A stretch of DNA of 64,000 bases, taken from the NCBI RefSeq assembly GCF_009914755.1, contig NC_060927.1, one strand, 5' to 3'. Within the stretch, counting starts at the first letter, position 1. Each line of letters starts with the position of its first letter. The stretch comes from the human T2T-CHM13v2.0 reference genome, Homo sapiens. Under the pieces are notes generated by a model. It saw nothing but the letters and a program-made list of their open reading frames with translations. It was not told the origin of the DNA and did not search any database. A program made the position numbers and the translations under genes. Below, one piece after another: positions 12,076-27,300 of this stretch.

Positions 12076-13632
12076 TTCCACCCCTGGACCCTCCAAATCA
12101 AATGTCCTCACATTTCAAAACCAATCATGTCTTTTCAACAGTCCCCTGAAGTCTTAACTCATGTCAGCATTAACCTAAAAGTCCACGGTCCAAAGTCTCA
12201 TCTGAATCAAGGCAAGCCCCTTCCACCTATGAGCCTGTAAAATCAAAAGCAAGTTAGTTACTTTCCAGATACAATGGGGATACAGGTATTAGGTAAATAC
12301 AGCCATTCAAAATGGCAGAAATTGGCCAAAACAAAGGGGTGACAGGGCCCAAGCAAGTCTGAAATCCAGTGGGGCAGTCAAACTTTAAAGCTCCCAAATG
12401 ATCTCCTTTGACTCCAGGTCTCACATCCAGGTCATGCCGATGCAAAAGGTGGGTTTCCATGGTCTTGGGCAGCTCTGCCTTTGTGGCTTTAGAGGGTACA
12501 GTCTTCCACCTGGCTGCTATCATGGGCTGGCGTTGAGTGTCTGTACCTTTTCCAGGCTCTCAGCGCAAGCTGTCAGTGGATCTACCATTCCGGGGTCTGG
12601 AGGATGGTGGCTTTTTTCTCACAGTTCCACTAGGCAGTGCCCCAGTAGGGACTCTGTGTGCAGGTTCCAACCCCACTTTTCCCTTCCTCACTGCCCTAGC
12701 AGAGGTTCCCCATGAGTGCTCTGCTCCTGCAGCAAACTTTCGCCTGGACATCCAGGAGTTTCCATACATCCTTTGAAATCTAGGTGGACGTTCCTAAACC
12801 TCCATTCTTGACTTCTGTGCACCTGCAGGCTCAACACCACGTGGAAGCTGCCAAGGTTTGGGGCTTACACCCTCTGAAATCATGGGCCAAACTGTACCTT
12901 GGTCCCTTTTAGCAATGGCTGGAGCAGCCGGGGTGCAGGGCACCAAGTCCCTGTGCTGCACACAGCATGGGTACCCTGGGCCTGGCCCATGAAACCACTT
13001 TTTCCTCCTAGGCTTCCAGGTCTGTGATGGGAAGGGCCACTATGAAGACCTATGACATGCCCTGGAAGCATTTTCCCCATTGTCTTGGGGATTAACATTG
13101 GGGTTCTTGTTACTTATGCAAATTTTTGCAGCAAGCTTGAATTTCTCCTAAAAAAAATGGATTTTTCTTTTCTACTGCATTGTTAGGCTGCAAATTTTCT
13201 GAACTTTTATGCTCTATTTCCCTTTTAAAATGGAATGCTTTTAACAGCACCGAAGTCAACTTTGGAATGCTTTGCTGCTTAGAAATTTCTTCAGCCCGGT
13301 ACCCTAAATCATCTCTTGAGTTCAAAAAGTTTCACAGATCTCTAAGGTAGGGGCAAAATGCTGCCAGTCTCTTTGCTAAAACATAACAAGAGTTACCTTT
13401 GCTCCAGTTCCCAGCAAGTTCCTCATCTTCATCTGTGACCACCTTGGCCTGGACCTTATTGTTAATATCACTATTAGCATTTTTATAACACCCATTCAAC
13501 AAGTCTCTAGGAGGTTCCAAAGTTTCCCACATCTTCCTGTAGCCCTTTAAACTCTTCTAAGCTCTGCCTGATACCCAGTTCCAAAGTTGCTTCCACATTT
13601 TTGGGTATCTTTTCAGCAACACTACAATATAC
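12076..13632 (-). mobile_element. THE1D internal region (MaLR-int)
   Basis: Lies between two LTR copies; broken minus-strand ORFs (e.g. 13332..13532 'MWETLEPPRDLLNG...GNWSKG') are MaLR-int relics. Confidence 0.92.
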
Positions 13633-13980
13633 TGTATTAATCCATTTTCACACTGCTGATAAAGACATACCTGAGCCTGGGAAGAAAAAGAGGTTTAATT
13701 GAACTTACAGTTCTACATGACTGGGGAGGCCTCAGAATTATGGTGGGAGGCAAAAAACACTTCTTACATGGTGGCAGCAAGAGAAAAATGAGGAAGAAGC
13801 AAAAGCAGAAACCCCTGATAAACCCATCAGATCTCATGAGACTTACTCACTATTACAAGAATAGCACAGGAAAGACTGGCCCCATGATTCAATTACCTCC
13901 CCCTAGGTCCCTCCCACAACACGTGGGCATTCTGGGAGATAAAATTGAAGTTGAGATTTGCGTGGGGACACAGCCAAACC
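13633..13980 (-). mobile_element. THE1D 5' LTR
   Basis: 'tgtattaatccattttcacactgctgataaagacatacc...ggggacacagccaaacc'; the terminal about 6 bp are missing relative to the other LTR. Confidence 0.92.
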
Positions 13981-14009
13981 CCAGTCTAATTTTTTTTAAA
14001 AATTGTTTT

Positions 14010-14664
14010 TTTACATTTGCTGAGGAGTGCTTTACTTCCAACTATGTGGTCAATTTTGGAATAAGCGCGATGTGGTTCTGAGAAGAATGTATATTCTGTA
14101 GATTTGGGGTGGAGAGTTCTGTAGATGTCTGTTAGGTCTGCTTGGTGCAGAGCTGAGTTCAATTCCTGGATATCCTTTTTAACTTTCTGTCTCATTGATC
14201 TGTCTAATGTTGACAGTGGGGTGTTAAAGTCTCCCATTATTATTGATTGTGTGGGAGTCTAAGTCTCTTTGTAGGTCTCTAAGGACTTGGTTTATGAATC
14301 TGGGTGCTCCTGTATTGGGTGCATGTATATTTAGGATAGTTAGCTCTTCTTGTTGAATTGATCCCTTTACCATTATGTAATGGCCTTCTTTGTCTCTTTT
14401 GATCTTTGTTGGTTTAAAGTCTGTTTTATCAGAGACTAGGATTGCAACCCCTGCCTTTTTTTGTTTCCCATTTGCTTGGTAGATCTTCCTCCATCCCTTT
14501 ATTTTGAGCCTATATGTGTCTCTGCACGTGAGATGGGTTTCCTGAATACAGCACACTGATGGGTCTTGACTCTTTATCCAGTTTGCCAGTTGTCTTTTAA
14601 TTGGAGTATTTAGCCCATTTACATTTAAGGTTAATATTGTTATGTGTGAATTTGATCCTGTCAT
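14010..14664 (-). pseudogene. L1 ORF2 endonuclease domain fragment (frameshifted, cut by the inversion)
   Basis: ORFs 14224..14664 and 13986..14237 carry the EN motifs CIQET, APNTGA and GDFNTPL; they end just before the SDH motif. Confidence 0.92.
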
Positions 14665-14727
14665 TATAATGTTAGCTGGTTATTTTGCTCGTTAGTTGAT
14701 GCAGTTTCTTCCTAGCATCGATGGTCT

Positions 14728-15745
14728 TTACAATTTGGCATGTTTTTGCAGTGGTTGTTACTGGTTGTTCCTTTCCATGTTTAGTGCTTTCTTCAGGAGC
14801 TCTTATAGGGCAGGCCTGCTGGTGACAAAATCTCTCAGCATTTACTTGTCTGTAAAGGATTTTATTTCTCCTTCACTTATGAAGCTTAATTTGGCTGGAT
14901 ATGAAATTCTGGGTTGATAATTCTTTTCTTTAAGAATGTTGAATATTGGCCCCCACTCTCTTCTGGCTTGTAGAGTTTCTGCCAAGAGATCCGCTGTTAG
15001 TCTGATGGGCTTCCTTTTGTGGGTAACCCGACCTTTCTCTCTGGCTGCCCTTAACATTTTTTCCTTCATTTCAACTTTGGTGAATCTGACAATTATGTGT
15101 CTTGGAGTTGCTCTTCTCAAGGAGTATCTTTGTGGCATTCTCTGTATTTCCTGAATTTGAATGTTGGCCTGCTTTGCTAGGTTGGGGAAGTTCTCCTGGA
15201 TAATATCCTGCAGAGTGTTTTCCAACTTGTTTCTATTCTCCCCATCACTTTCAGGTACACCAATCAGACATAGATTTGGTCTTTTCACATAGTCCCATAT
15301 CTCTTGGAGGCTTTGTTTATTTCTTTTTACTCTTTTTTCTCTAAACTTCTGTTCTCGCTTCATTTCATTCATTTGATCTTCCATCACTGATACCCTTTCT
15401 TCCATGTTGATCGAATTGGCTACTGAAGCTTGTGCATTCGTCACATAGTTCTCATGGCATGGTTTTCAGCTCCATCAGGTCATTCAAGGACTTCTCTACA
15501 CTGTTTATTCTAGTTAGCTATTTGTCTAATCTTTTTTCAAGGTTTTTAGCTTCTTTACAATGGGTTCAAACTTCCTCCTTTAGCTCAGAGAAGTTTGATT
15601 GTCTGAAGCCTTCTTCTCTCAACTCGTCAAAGTCATTCTCCATCCAGCTTTTTTCCATTGCTGGCAAGGAGCTGTGTTCCTTTGGAGGGGGAGAGGTGCT
15701 CTGATTTTTATAATTTTCAGCTTTTCTGCTCTGTTTTTCCCCCAT
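14728..15745 (-). pseudogene. Disrupted L1 ORF1p
   Basis: ATG at 15745 ('ccacaaagATGggg'), stop near 14728; only a 200-aa piece (…QEIWDYVKRPNL…RISYPAKLSF…) is open. Confidence 0.9.
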
Positions 15746-16304
15746 CTTTGTGGTTTTATCTACCTTTGGTCTTTGATATGGGGTTTTGGTGTGGATGTCC
15801 TTTCTGTTTGTTAGTTTTTCTTCTAACAGTCAGGACCCTCAGCTGCAGGTCTGTTGGAGTTTGCTGGAGGTCCACTCCAGGCCCTGTTTGCCTGGGTATC
15901 AACAGCGGAGGCTGCAGAACAGCAAATATTGCTGAACAGCAAATGTTGCTTCCTGATTGTTGCTCCGGAAGCTTCATCTCAGAGGGTACCCGGCAGTGTG
16001 AGGTGTCAGTATGCCCTTCCTGGGGGGTGCCTCCCAGTTAGGCTACTCGGGGGTCAGGGACCCACTTGAGGAAGCAGTCTGTCCATTCTCAGATCTCAAA
16101 CTCTGTGCTGGGAGAACCACTACTCTCTTCAAAGCTGTCAGACAGGGACATTTAAGTCTGCAGAGGTTTCTGCTGCCTTTTGTTCAGCTATGCCCTGCCC
16201 CCAGAGGTGGAGTCTACAGAGGCAGGCAGGCCTCCTTGAGCTGTGGTGGGCTCCACCCAGTTCGAGCTTTCCTGCCGCTTTGTTTACCTACTCAAGCCTC
16301 AGCA

Positions 16305-16487
16305 ATTGCGGGCGCCCCTCCCCCAGCCTCACTGCTGCCTTGCAGTTCAATATCAGACTGCTGTGCTAGCAATGAGCGAGGCTCCGTAGGTTTGGGACCC
16401 TCCGAGCCAGGCACGGGGTATAATCTCCTGGTGTGCCATTTGCTAAGACCATTGGAAAAGGGCAGTATTTGGGTGGGAGTGACCTGA
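16305..16487 (+). pseudogene. L1 ORF0 relic within the antisense-promoter region
   Basis: 'AGAPPPASLLPCSSISDCCASNERGSVGLGPSEPG…GVT' resembles primate ORF0; start codon is ATT (16305), premature TGA at 16485. Confidence 0.8.
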
Positions 16488-16750
16488 TTTTCCAGGTGCC
16501 GTCTGTCACAGCTTCCCTTGGCTAGGAAAGGGAATTCCCTGACCCTTTGCGCTTCCTGGGTGAGGCGATGCCTCGCCCTGCTTCGGCTCATGCTCGATGG
16601 GCTGCACCCACTGTCCTGCACCCACTGTCTGACAAGCCCCAGTGAGATGAACCCGGCACCTCAGTTGGAAATGCAGAAATCACCCGTCTTCTGCGTCGCT
16701 CACCCTGGGAGCTGTAGACTGGAGCTGTTGCGTTTGGACATCTTGGAATC

Positions 16751-20088
<3,338 letters not shown>

Positions 20089-20225
20089 TTTTTTTTTTTT
20101 TTTTTTTTTAGAGACAGGATCTTGCAATGTTGTGCAGTTAGGTCTCAAACTCCTAGCCCCAATTGATCCCCCACCTCAGCCTTCCAAAGTTCTGGGATTT
20201 CAGATGTAAGCCACCTGCCCTGGTC
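20089..20225 (-). mobile_element. AluJ left arm (piece 2 of the split Alu)
   Basis: 'tttagagacaggatcttgcaatgttg...ggtctcaaactcctag...ccaaagttctgggattt...ggtc'; TSD tattgct(t/g)ttctt at 11565-11577 and 20226-20238. Confidence 0.88.
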
Positions 20226-20257
20226 TATTGCTGTTCTTTATCTTGGGTTCTTAGGTA

Positions 20258-20560
20258 ACCCAGCAATCTCACTTCTAAGAATCTACCTCAAAGATTCACA
20301 GGTAAAAAGTTAAAAGACATGTACATGCTATTTATTGCAAGATTATGTGCAGTAAATGACTAGGAAAAAATGGCAATGTCCATCAACTGGGACTGATTGA
20401 CAGAACTATATTATATTCATACAAAAAATCCTGTTCAATTGTTTAAGGAAAGGAGGAATACCTGTGTGTACTTCTGTGTAGCAATCTTTGGGATATATTG
20501 TTCACTTAAAAAAAACATAATGCAGACAAAGCCATGCTTAATATCAGCTATTTATACAAG
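20258..20560 (+). mobile_element. L1ME-type 3' fragment
   Basis: 'acccagcaatctcacttctaagaatcta...aatgtccatcaactgggactgattg'. Confidence 0.65.
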
Positions 20561-20689
20561 AAAGCAGCGTGAAAATAATCTTTCCTCCTTCATTCATTCA
20601 ACAAATATACATTTATTTGTATCACTAATGACATAGTACATGTATTTTACACCAATGACATTCTTATCAGATTCCCATTAGGAAGATTT

Positions 20690-21487
20690 ATAAGTGAAAT
20701 TCAAAGACTTGGTGTTATCTTTGATTTTTCTTTTTTTCCTTGCCAGCCCTTTTATAAGTTGAATCCATAGGCAAAAATTCTGTCAATCCTATATGCGAAA
20801 TACATTCCAAATCCTGTGACTTCTCACCATCTTCTCAACTATCCTCCCACCTGTTATCTCTCGTCTAAGTATAGCAAAACCTGTTTTCCACTTCTTATGT
20901 CCACTCTTGCATCATGAAAGCCTATTCTCTATAGAAGAGTCAACATGGTCATTTTAATCCAACTTCTTAAAATCTCCAATGGTTACATAACCCATTTAGA
21001 ATAAAATCTAAACTCCTGACTATGGCCTATGAGACTTGCTCTGAGTCCTCTTATTCTATCACTTATATCTTTATTAACTATAATTAGGCTACAAAATCTG
21101 GTCCTGCAATCTGGCAAGCTATCTTGCTCAGAAACTTTGCTGTTCCCTCTGCTTAGAATTCTCTCCTCTTAGATCTTCACTGGATTGATTCCTTATCATT
21201 CCCATATTGCTTAAATGTCCTTTCCTCAGCAGGGCTTCTCTAACCACCTTATATTAAATATCCTTGATCTTTTTTCAGTTCTGCTGAGTCCCTTTTCTGT
21301 TTTTTTTTTTTCCAGACTGATTTTTCCGTCTCTGAAGTGATGCTAAATTACTAAATTATATTTGTCTCCCTAACTAGAAGGTATGCTTCTGGAGAGCCAA
21401 CAGGGTCTTTCTCTTGCTGATCACCAAACTCCTGGTCCCTAGCATGTGATAGAAACTCAGTAAATATTTGCTGAGAGAATGAATGTA
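20690..21487 (+). mobile_element. L2 3' portion
   Basis: 'tttagaataaaatctaaactcctgactatggccta', 'tgctgttccctctgcttagaat' and tail 'ctcagtaaatatttgctgagagaatgaatg'. Confidence 0.8.
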
Positions 21488-21706
21488 TCTTTATAAAATG
21501 AGACTGAGTAACTTACAGATGCTAAATGGGGAAGTGGGAAAGGGGAAATGGAGTGAAAGTGAGAAGTGGTACTGCCACGTAAATTTTCACAGCTGAGAGT
21601 AATAGTGAACATCATTGTGTTGTTTTACATCACCACCATCTGGATTTGCCAGAAATATTGCTCTCTGGAGCCCATGTCATTTTTCCTGTGTTTACGGAAT
21701 GCTCCC

Positions 21707-21709
<3 letters not shown>

Positions 21710-21746
<37 letters not shown>

Positions 21747-21772
21747 CATGTGCATGCATGAGCATGTGTGTG
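21710..21772. repeat. (TG)16 microsatellite with alternating purine-pyrimidine extension
   Basis: Read directly from the sequence. Confidence 0.97.
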
Positions 21773-22081
21773 TAGGCAGGCTTCTCCAATAGACATGAAG
21801 AATAAAGGACTGACAGTTTTTAGTACTGCTGCTTCCCTTTCCACCAGTAAGATGTTAGTGGCTAAACCCAGTACTCCATTCATTAACACCACAGAGGCTC
21901 AGCAACAGGAGATGGGCAGAGTGGTGCTGGGTCCAGTTTTGGGCCCAACAGCAGGGTCTGAGAGCTGGTTGAATGGCCTGTGTGACTTGTAACTCATTCC
22001 ATGCTTCATCGTTCCATGTCAACAATGGTCCAGGCAGTATGCCCTCAGGTACTACTGAGTGTCCCCCAACTTCTTAACAAC

Positions 22082-22362
22082 TTTTTTTTTTTTTTTGACA
22101 GAGTCTCACTCTGTACCCAGGCTGGAGTGCAGTGGTGTGATCTCGGCTCACTGCAACCTCCATTTCCTGGGTTAAAGTGATTCTTGTGCCTCAGTCTCCC
22201 AAGTAGCTCGTACCACCACACCAGGCTAATTTTTGTGTTTTACGTAGAGACGAGGTTTCTCCATGTTACCCAGGCTGGTCTCGAACTCTTGGCCTCAAGT
22301 GCTCTACCTGTGTCAGCCTCCCAAAGTGCTGGAATTACAGTCGTGATTTACCATGCCCAGCC
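22082..22362 (-). mobile_element. Alu (Jb/S-type) with small internal deletion
   Basis: Two arms, poly-T head, TSD-like caactttt on both sides. Confidence 0.93.
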
Positions 22363-22421
22363 TTTATCAACTTTTATTCCTCTTATTCTGATATTATATC
22401 CATGAGGAAATTGTGGAAATG

Positions 22422-22610
22422 TATCTCTATCTGTCTATCTATCTGTCTATCTATCTATCCATCCATCCATCTATCACCTATCTAGATATGTATCTATCTA
22501 CCTATATATCTATCTATGATTCCTATATCTATCTATGTCTATCTACCTAATCTATCTAATAGGTTGATGATATAGGCATAAGGCCTATCTAGACAGATAG
22601 AGAGATAGAT

Positions 22611-22656
<46 letters not shown>

Positions 22657-22672
22657 AAGATATATAGATAGA
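22422..22672. repeat. Compound (TCTA)n / (TAGA)n tetranucleotide STR
   Basis: Imperfect TCTA/TCCA tract at 22424-22557, TAGA tract at 22590-22672 with pure (GATA)11 at 22611-22654. Confidence 0.95.
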
Positions 22673-23504
22673 GGGATAAGGCACGTATTTGGGACTTTAA
22701 TAAAAGAAGCACTCCGAATCTTAAAGATTATGGTGTTTAGACACAAACTCTGAATATCAGTGTGATCACTTCATTCTTTCTAGCTGAGTGGTTGTATCAC
22801 ATGCAAGATCAAAATGCTGTGACCTAAACTGTTTTCTTCTCTGCTGCATTGGAGAATTTTCCACGCCCCTGCTCCTCACCTCGCTCCTTTCCTTTCTCCA
22901 CACCTGTTGTAGCTTATGTCAACAGGAGTACTTAAATGCAACTAGTTATAAGTCTCATTTTATTTGAGAGACTGTTCACATTTGATATCAAAAAAATACA
23001 AAATGTTTTGATATGTTACATAAAAGTCACCATGACTAGGCCCAAATGAAAATTTCATATACAAATTTTGCAATAGCAATAATTATTATTATATTTTCAA
23101 TCACAATTACCCTGAAAATAACTCTGAATATTTTTATGTAAATAATGAGCTCAAAAAAATCAAGGAAGTCATGCATTTGAAATCCCAAACACATTTGATC
23201 AGATCGTATTTGCTTTAAAACGTTTTTTAAAATAAAATTCATATAGTATTTTTATCTAGATTTCAGTGGAGTGGAAAAAAATATATTCCTAAGTGTTCTA
23301 CAAAAGTTATTGAATTAAGGCCCAGATACCTGCTTTTTTGAAAACAATTAAAAAATAGGAATAAATGGAAGATCAAAAGTTATTCATTAGGATTTATCAA
23401 ACAGGAAGACAATTAAATGCAATAAATATTATTTTGCTTTGAATAAGTAAAGTTTAAAAAGGATGCAACAGAAACAACTTTAAAAAAATTAGTAGCTTGT
23501 TTTG

Positions 23505-24320
23505 TTTATATTATTAAAATTTAAAACATATAAAAAGTAGAGGGAATACTACAAAAAACTCCTGTGTATCTACCAGTTAGATTTATAGTTATTAAAACTT
23601 TTACCATATTTGCTTCATCTATTTTTTCTGAAGTTTTAAAAAATAAATTATGGACATCATGACATTTTATCTCTAAATTCTTCAGAGACCATCTCTTTAA
23701 AAATAAGGACAGTTTTCCAAATAACTATAATTCTATTATCACAATTAAAAATATAATAATAATTGCCTTATTCTCTCTACTGAGCTCATAGTCAAATTTT
23801 CTATGTTATTCAAAAATCTCTTCTACAATTATAGTTATTAGAATCAGGATCCTCATGAGGGACACACATTGCATTTATTTGTGATGTCTCCTGTATGTTT
23901 TAATTTAGAACACTCCCTTTTCCTCCCTTCCTCTTTTTTCAATCTTAATGATATTAACTTGCTAATGTGACTGGTCCAATTGTGTTGTAGAACAGCTTGC
24001 TTTTTGAATTTGTTTGTTTCCTGGTGGTGCTGTTTTAACTTGTTCTATCATATTTTTCTATAAACCAGAAGCTCAGTCTTTAAGAGTGATTATATTCAGG
24101 TTGAATATTTGTGGGGTTAATGCTTTATGAGTAATGTCACCTACTTTGTGTGGCATCCTATTCCGAGATGCATGATGTATGGCTCTCTCTCCACTGTTAT
24201 GCCAAGACTGACCCCTGATTCAAGGTGGTCCCAGCCAGATACTTCTCAAAGCCACATTCTTCCCCTCCAATCAACAGTCTCTACAGCGATGCTGTGGCAC
24301 CACTCATTAGCTAGATTTTA
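23505..24320 (-). mobile_element. L1MC4/5-type 3' relic
   Basis: 'aaacatataaaaagtagagggaatac...gacatcatgacattttatctctaaat...aaaataaggaca' is the reverse-strand L1MC pattern. Confidence 0.7.
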
Positions 24321-27300
24321 AGAATGATTGCTTTTTTGAAAATAGACATCTTTATATAAGCTCATATTTAAATATACTTAATTTTGAAAAGCCCCTAGAG
24401 TATGTGAAAAAAGTCCTTGATTTTGTAATACGGCCATCTAACATCAACTTTCTTTAGAGAGTAATAGAAACACTGTCTTAGACTAATCACTTTAACAAAT
24501 TAATTTTTCCTGAAGTATAAGCTCAAAATTCTTTTAAAACTTTCTTTGGTGTTCCACTAAATACAAATACTGACATGTTTCATTCATGCTGCAAAAACTA
24601 TGATAGCTTTTGCTGTGTAGGCACTCAGGGGTCCTTACACTGTATCTTTTCTGGGACTCTCAGGATGTGGAACACAAGTGTGCTTTGTGTGCTTTGCTGC
24701 GCTTCTCAAACTGTGCCTTCTGCCAGCCAAAACTGACCGCTCCTGCTGTGCCAGGCTCTCGCGTCAGTTCCTGGGCTTTTGCCCATCCCTAAACCTGGCA
24801 ATAGGACTTGTGTTACAAACTTTGTGTTGCTACACTTCCTGCTCATTTTTAAATCCTGGACAAATGCATTGCTCTTTAATGTTTCTTTGGGAGGGTACTT
24901 AAACATTTCTTTTGAATTTTGGACTCTGGGCACGTGGACTTTCTGATGTATTTTTATAAAAGCTGATATAATTTATGCAATTTAAATAAAGATTTAAATA
25001 AGTGATTTTAATCAAAATTGTGCATTTGCTATGTTTGTCATTGGGCATCATTTGTCTATTTAACGGAATATACACTAGATTCATTGGTAGTTTAGCAACA
25101 TTTCAGAATGGAATCTAGAATGTGGCTCTTGAATTTCATAACACTTTTAGTGACATTATTCTTGGAAATTGTTATATACTTAGAGTAAGCGAGAGAGTAG
25201 ATCGATCACTTAGTATTTAACTTAGTAGATATAAATCTCAGGATACTTCGTCCTTGTGTTATTTTTGTATTAGGGAAAATATGCTGTTTTAAAGATAGAT
25301 TATTGAAAAAATGCAAGAGTTAGAAATACTAAAAAGGTGGACAAAGGAGTAGGTAGAAATAGAAACTGATTTATTTTTCACAGTTATGAGTAATCTGCTT
25401 TCATTTTTAGTTGCCGCCTTTGACTAGAAAAGATGATATAGTGTATGTTCTCCAAACTGTTATGTAAAGTTTTATTTTTTTCCATGAGTTCTTAAGCTAG
25501 AAGCCAAAACAATGTTTTTCTGGGCCTAAGTGCATTGCTTGATCTTCCAAAGCCTATTTCATGGTCTGCTAGATTCTAATGGAGGTGGTTGGTAATGAGA
25601 TAATATTTATTTATATAGAAAATAAATTTACACAGAGTGCAAAAAGCATGTAAACAAGCAGTACCAGCTTTTAAAAATTCATAGCGAAACCATATGAATG
25701 CTTCTAGTTTCTCCAAGAGAACACTTTCTCCACACACACTATAAATTCTTCAGGCACATACCTATAAACATATATATGTTCCAAACTCATGGGGACATGA
25801 GTACTTCAGGGTTTCCTGGTGGTTGTTTCCTGCCATCTAATTAAAGCTGTAGCATTCTTATTATCCCCAGATCTATTCATCAGCTCGCTGCCTTTCTTGA
25901 AATAAAGAGGAAATGTTCAATTTTTCTTTGCTTAAAGTAAGTCTTATGTACCAGTTAAGTGATTTATACATCTCACCATCTAAGAGCAGTAAAAGGAACT
26001 TCTGTAGTGTTTTTTGGTGACCTTGAGAGCTGATGTCTTAACATTTCCAACTGACAATGTGCAGCAGGCTTCTTGCTCAAAGCTCTACAGTAATTTATTG
26101 CTGCATTGCAGATTACAGTTTAATTCCTTAAAAAAATCAGCATTCTGGAGTCCTTGATAATGTTTGGGCTATAGAATCCAAAGCCACAGTCTGCTGCATC
26201 TAGGAAGAATCATTCATATAGAGAGAACTTAATGTGATTCATAAATATGCTTTATGCCAGAAAACATATAGTGTGTTACCTTGATTAGTGAAAACTCTGG
26301 GAATTAATCTCCTTTATAATGAAGTTGGTAGTGTTAAAACTGTGGGAAGCAAAGCTTTGTATGTGGCTAGGCTTGACAAGCGTCTCTACACAGCTTCTAC
26401 TTGTTCTGCTTAAATAGGGCTGCAATTAGTAAAATTGTAAGGCTTTCAAAATCTACCTCACCTCTTTTTGCCTTATCCACCTTAGGCTAGTGCCTCCTTA
26501 TTCTCTTCTAGAAGAGATTCTAGTAACTCCTAGATGACTACTGGGAGAGAGAATCCTCTTTGGTGAGCAGGTCAGAAAGCAATAATCTGTGCCCTGCATT
26601 TGCTGTGTTTGGGCAGCAAAATTGTTTTGTTTGCTCACACCTTGTTTTTTTGTTTGCTTGCTTTAATAAAGTACTTACCAACATTTGAAAAAAAAGGTTT
26701 TTACATGAAAATTGAGATCAACATCCGTTTTGAAATATATGAAGCTCTTGCAATATTTGTAATGATCCAGACTTTTCCTTGGCCATGCTCAGCTGAAGCT
26801 GGGTAATGTTCTGTCCCCTGCAGACAAGGCATGTCCTCTACAGTTACACATCTCTTCCTTTCTTCCCTCCTCAGTGGCTTCACTCATTTTTGTTGCTGGC
26901 TAGCCCCTGTGAGCATTTGAGGTTTTGACTGTTGAGTGAGATTTTGGCTCTTGAGTGTGTCTAATAAATGTCTTACCCTGAAAAGCACTATGTCTTACAA
27001 ACTTAAGTTTTATACCTGTTCATTTCAATTGTGAAGGGAAAGATTTGGTTTTCTCTTAAAATAATATCAGAACTTGGGAAGGAAGTGTGGAAGAGAAGCT
27101 CTCAAGGCCGGGAAAGTGAAATTGAGTTACTGCTATTAAAAATGAGAGGGGAAAGATGACGCATCAATTTTTTTCCCCAGCATATTCCTCCAACACACCC
27201 TCCATACCTCTGTGTCCCTGATGGCAACTATAGGAGTGGCTGGAGCTACATCAAACTGTGTCCATCATTTGAGTGTCTTACTGAAACCTATGCTGCCCTG

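Larger units (their letters stand above)
14010..16750 (-). mobile_element. L1PA (about L1PA5) inverted 5' segment: complete 5' UTR, ORF1 and ORF2 endonuclease start
   Basis: Reverse complement starts 'gattccaagatgtccaaacgcaacagctccagtctacagctccc' (L1 5' end); ORF1 fragment 14842..15444 and ORF2 N-terminus 'MTGSNSHITILTLNVNGLN' at 14664. Confidence 0.97.

Noticed and set aside
11739-14081. Two paralogous ORFs (11739..12149 and 13740..14081) as a duplicated gene
   Set aside because: They are the same frame read in the two THE1D LTRs.
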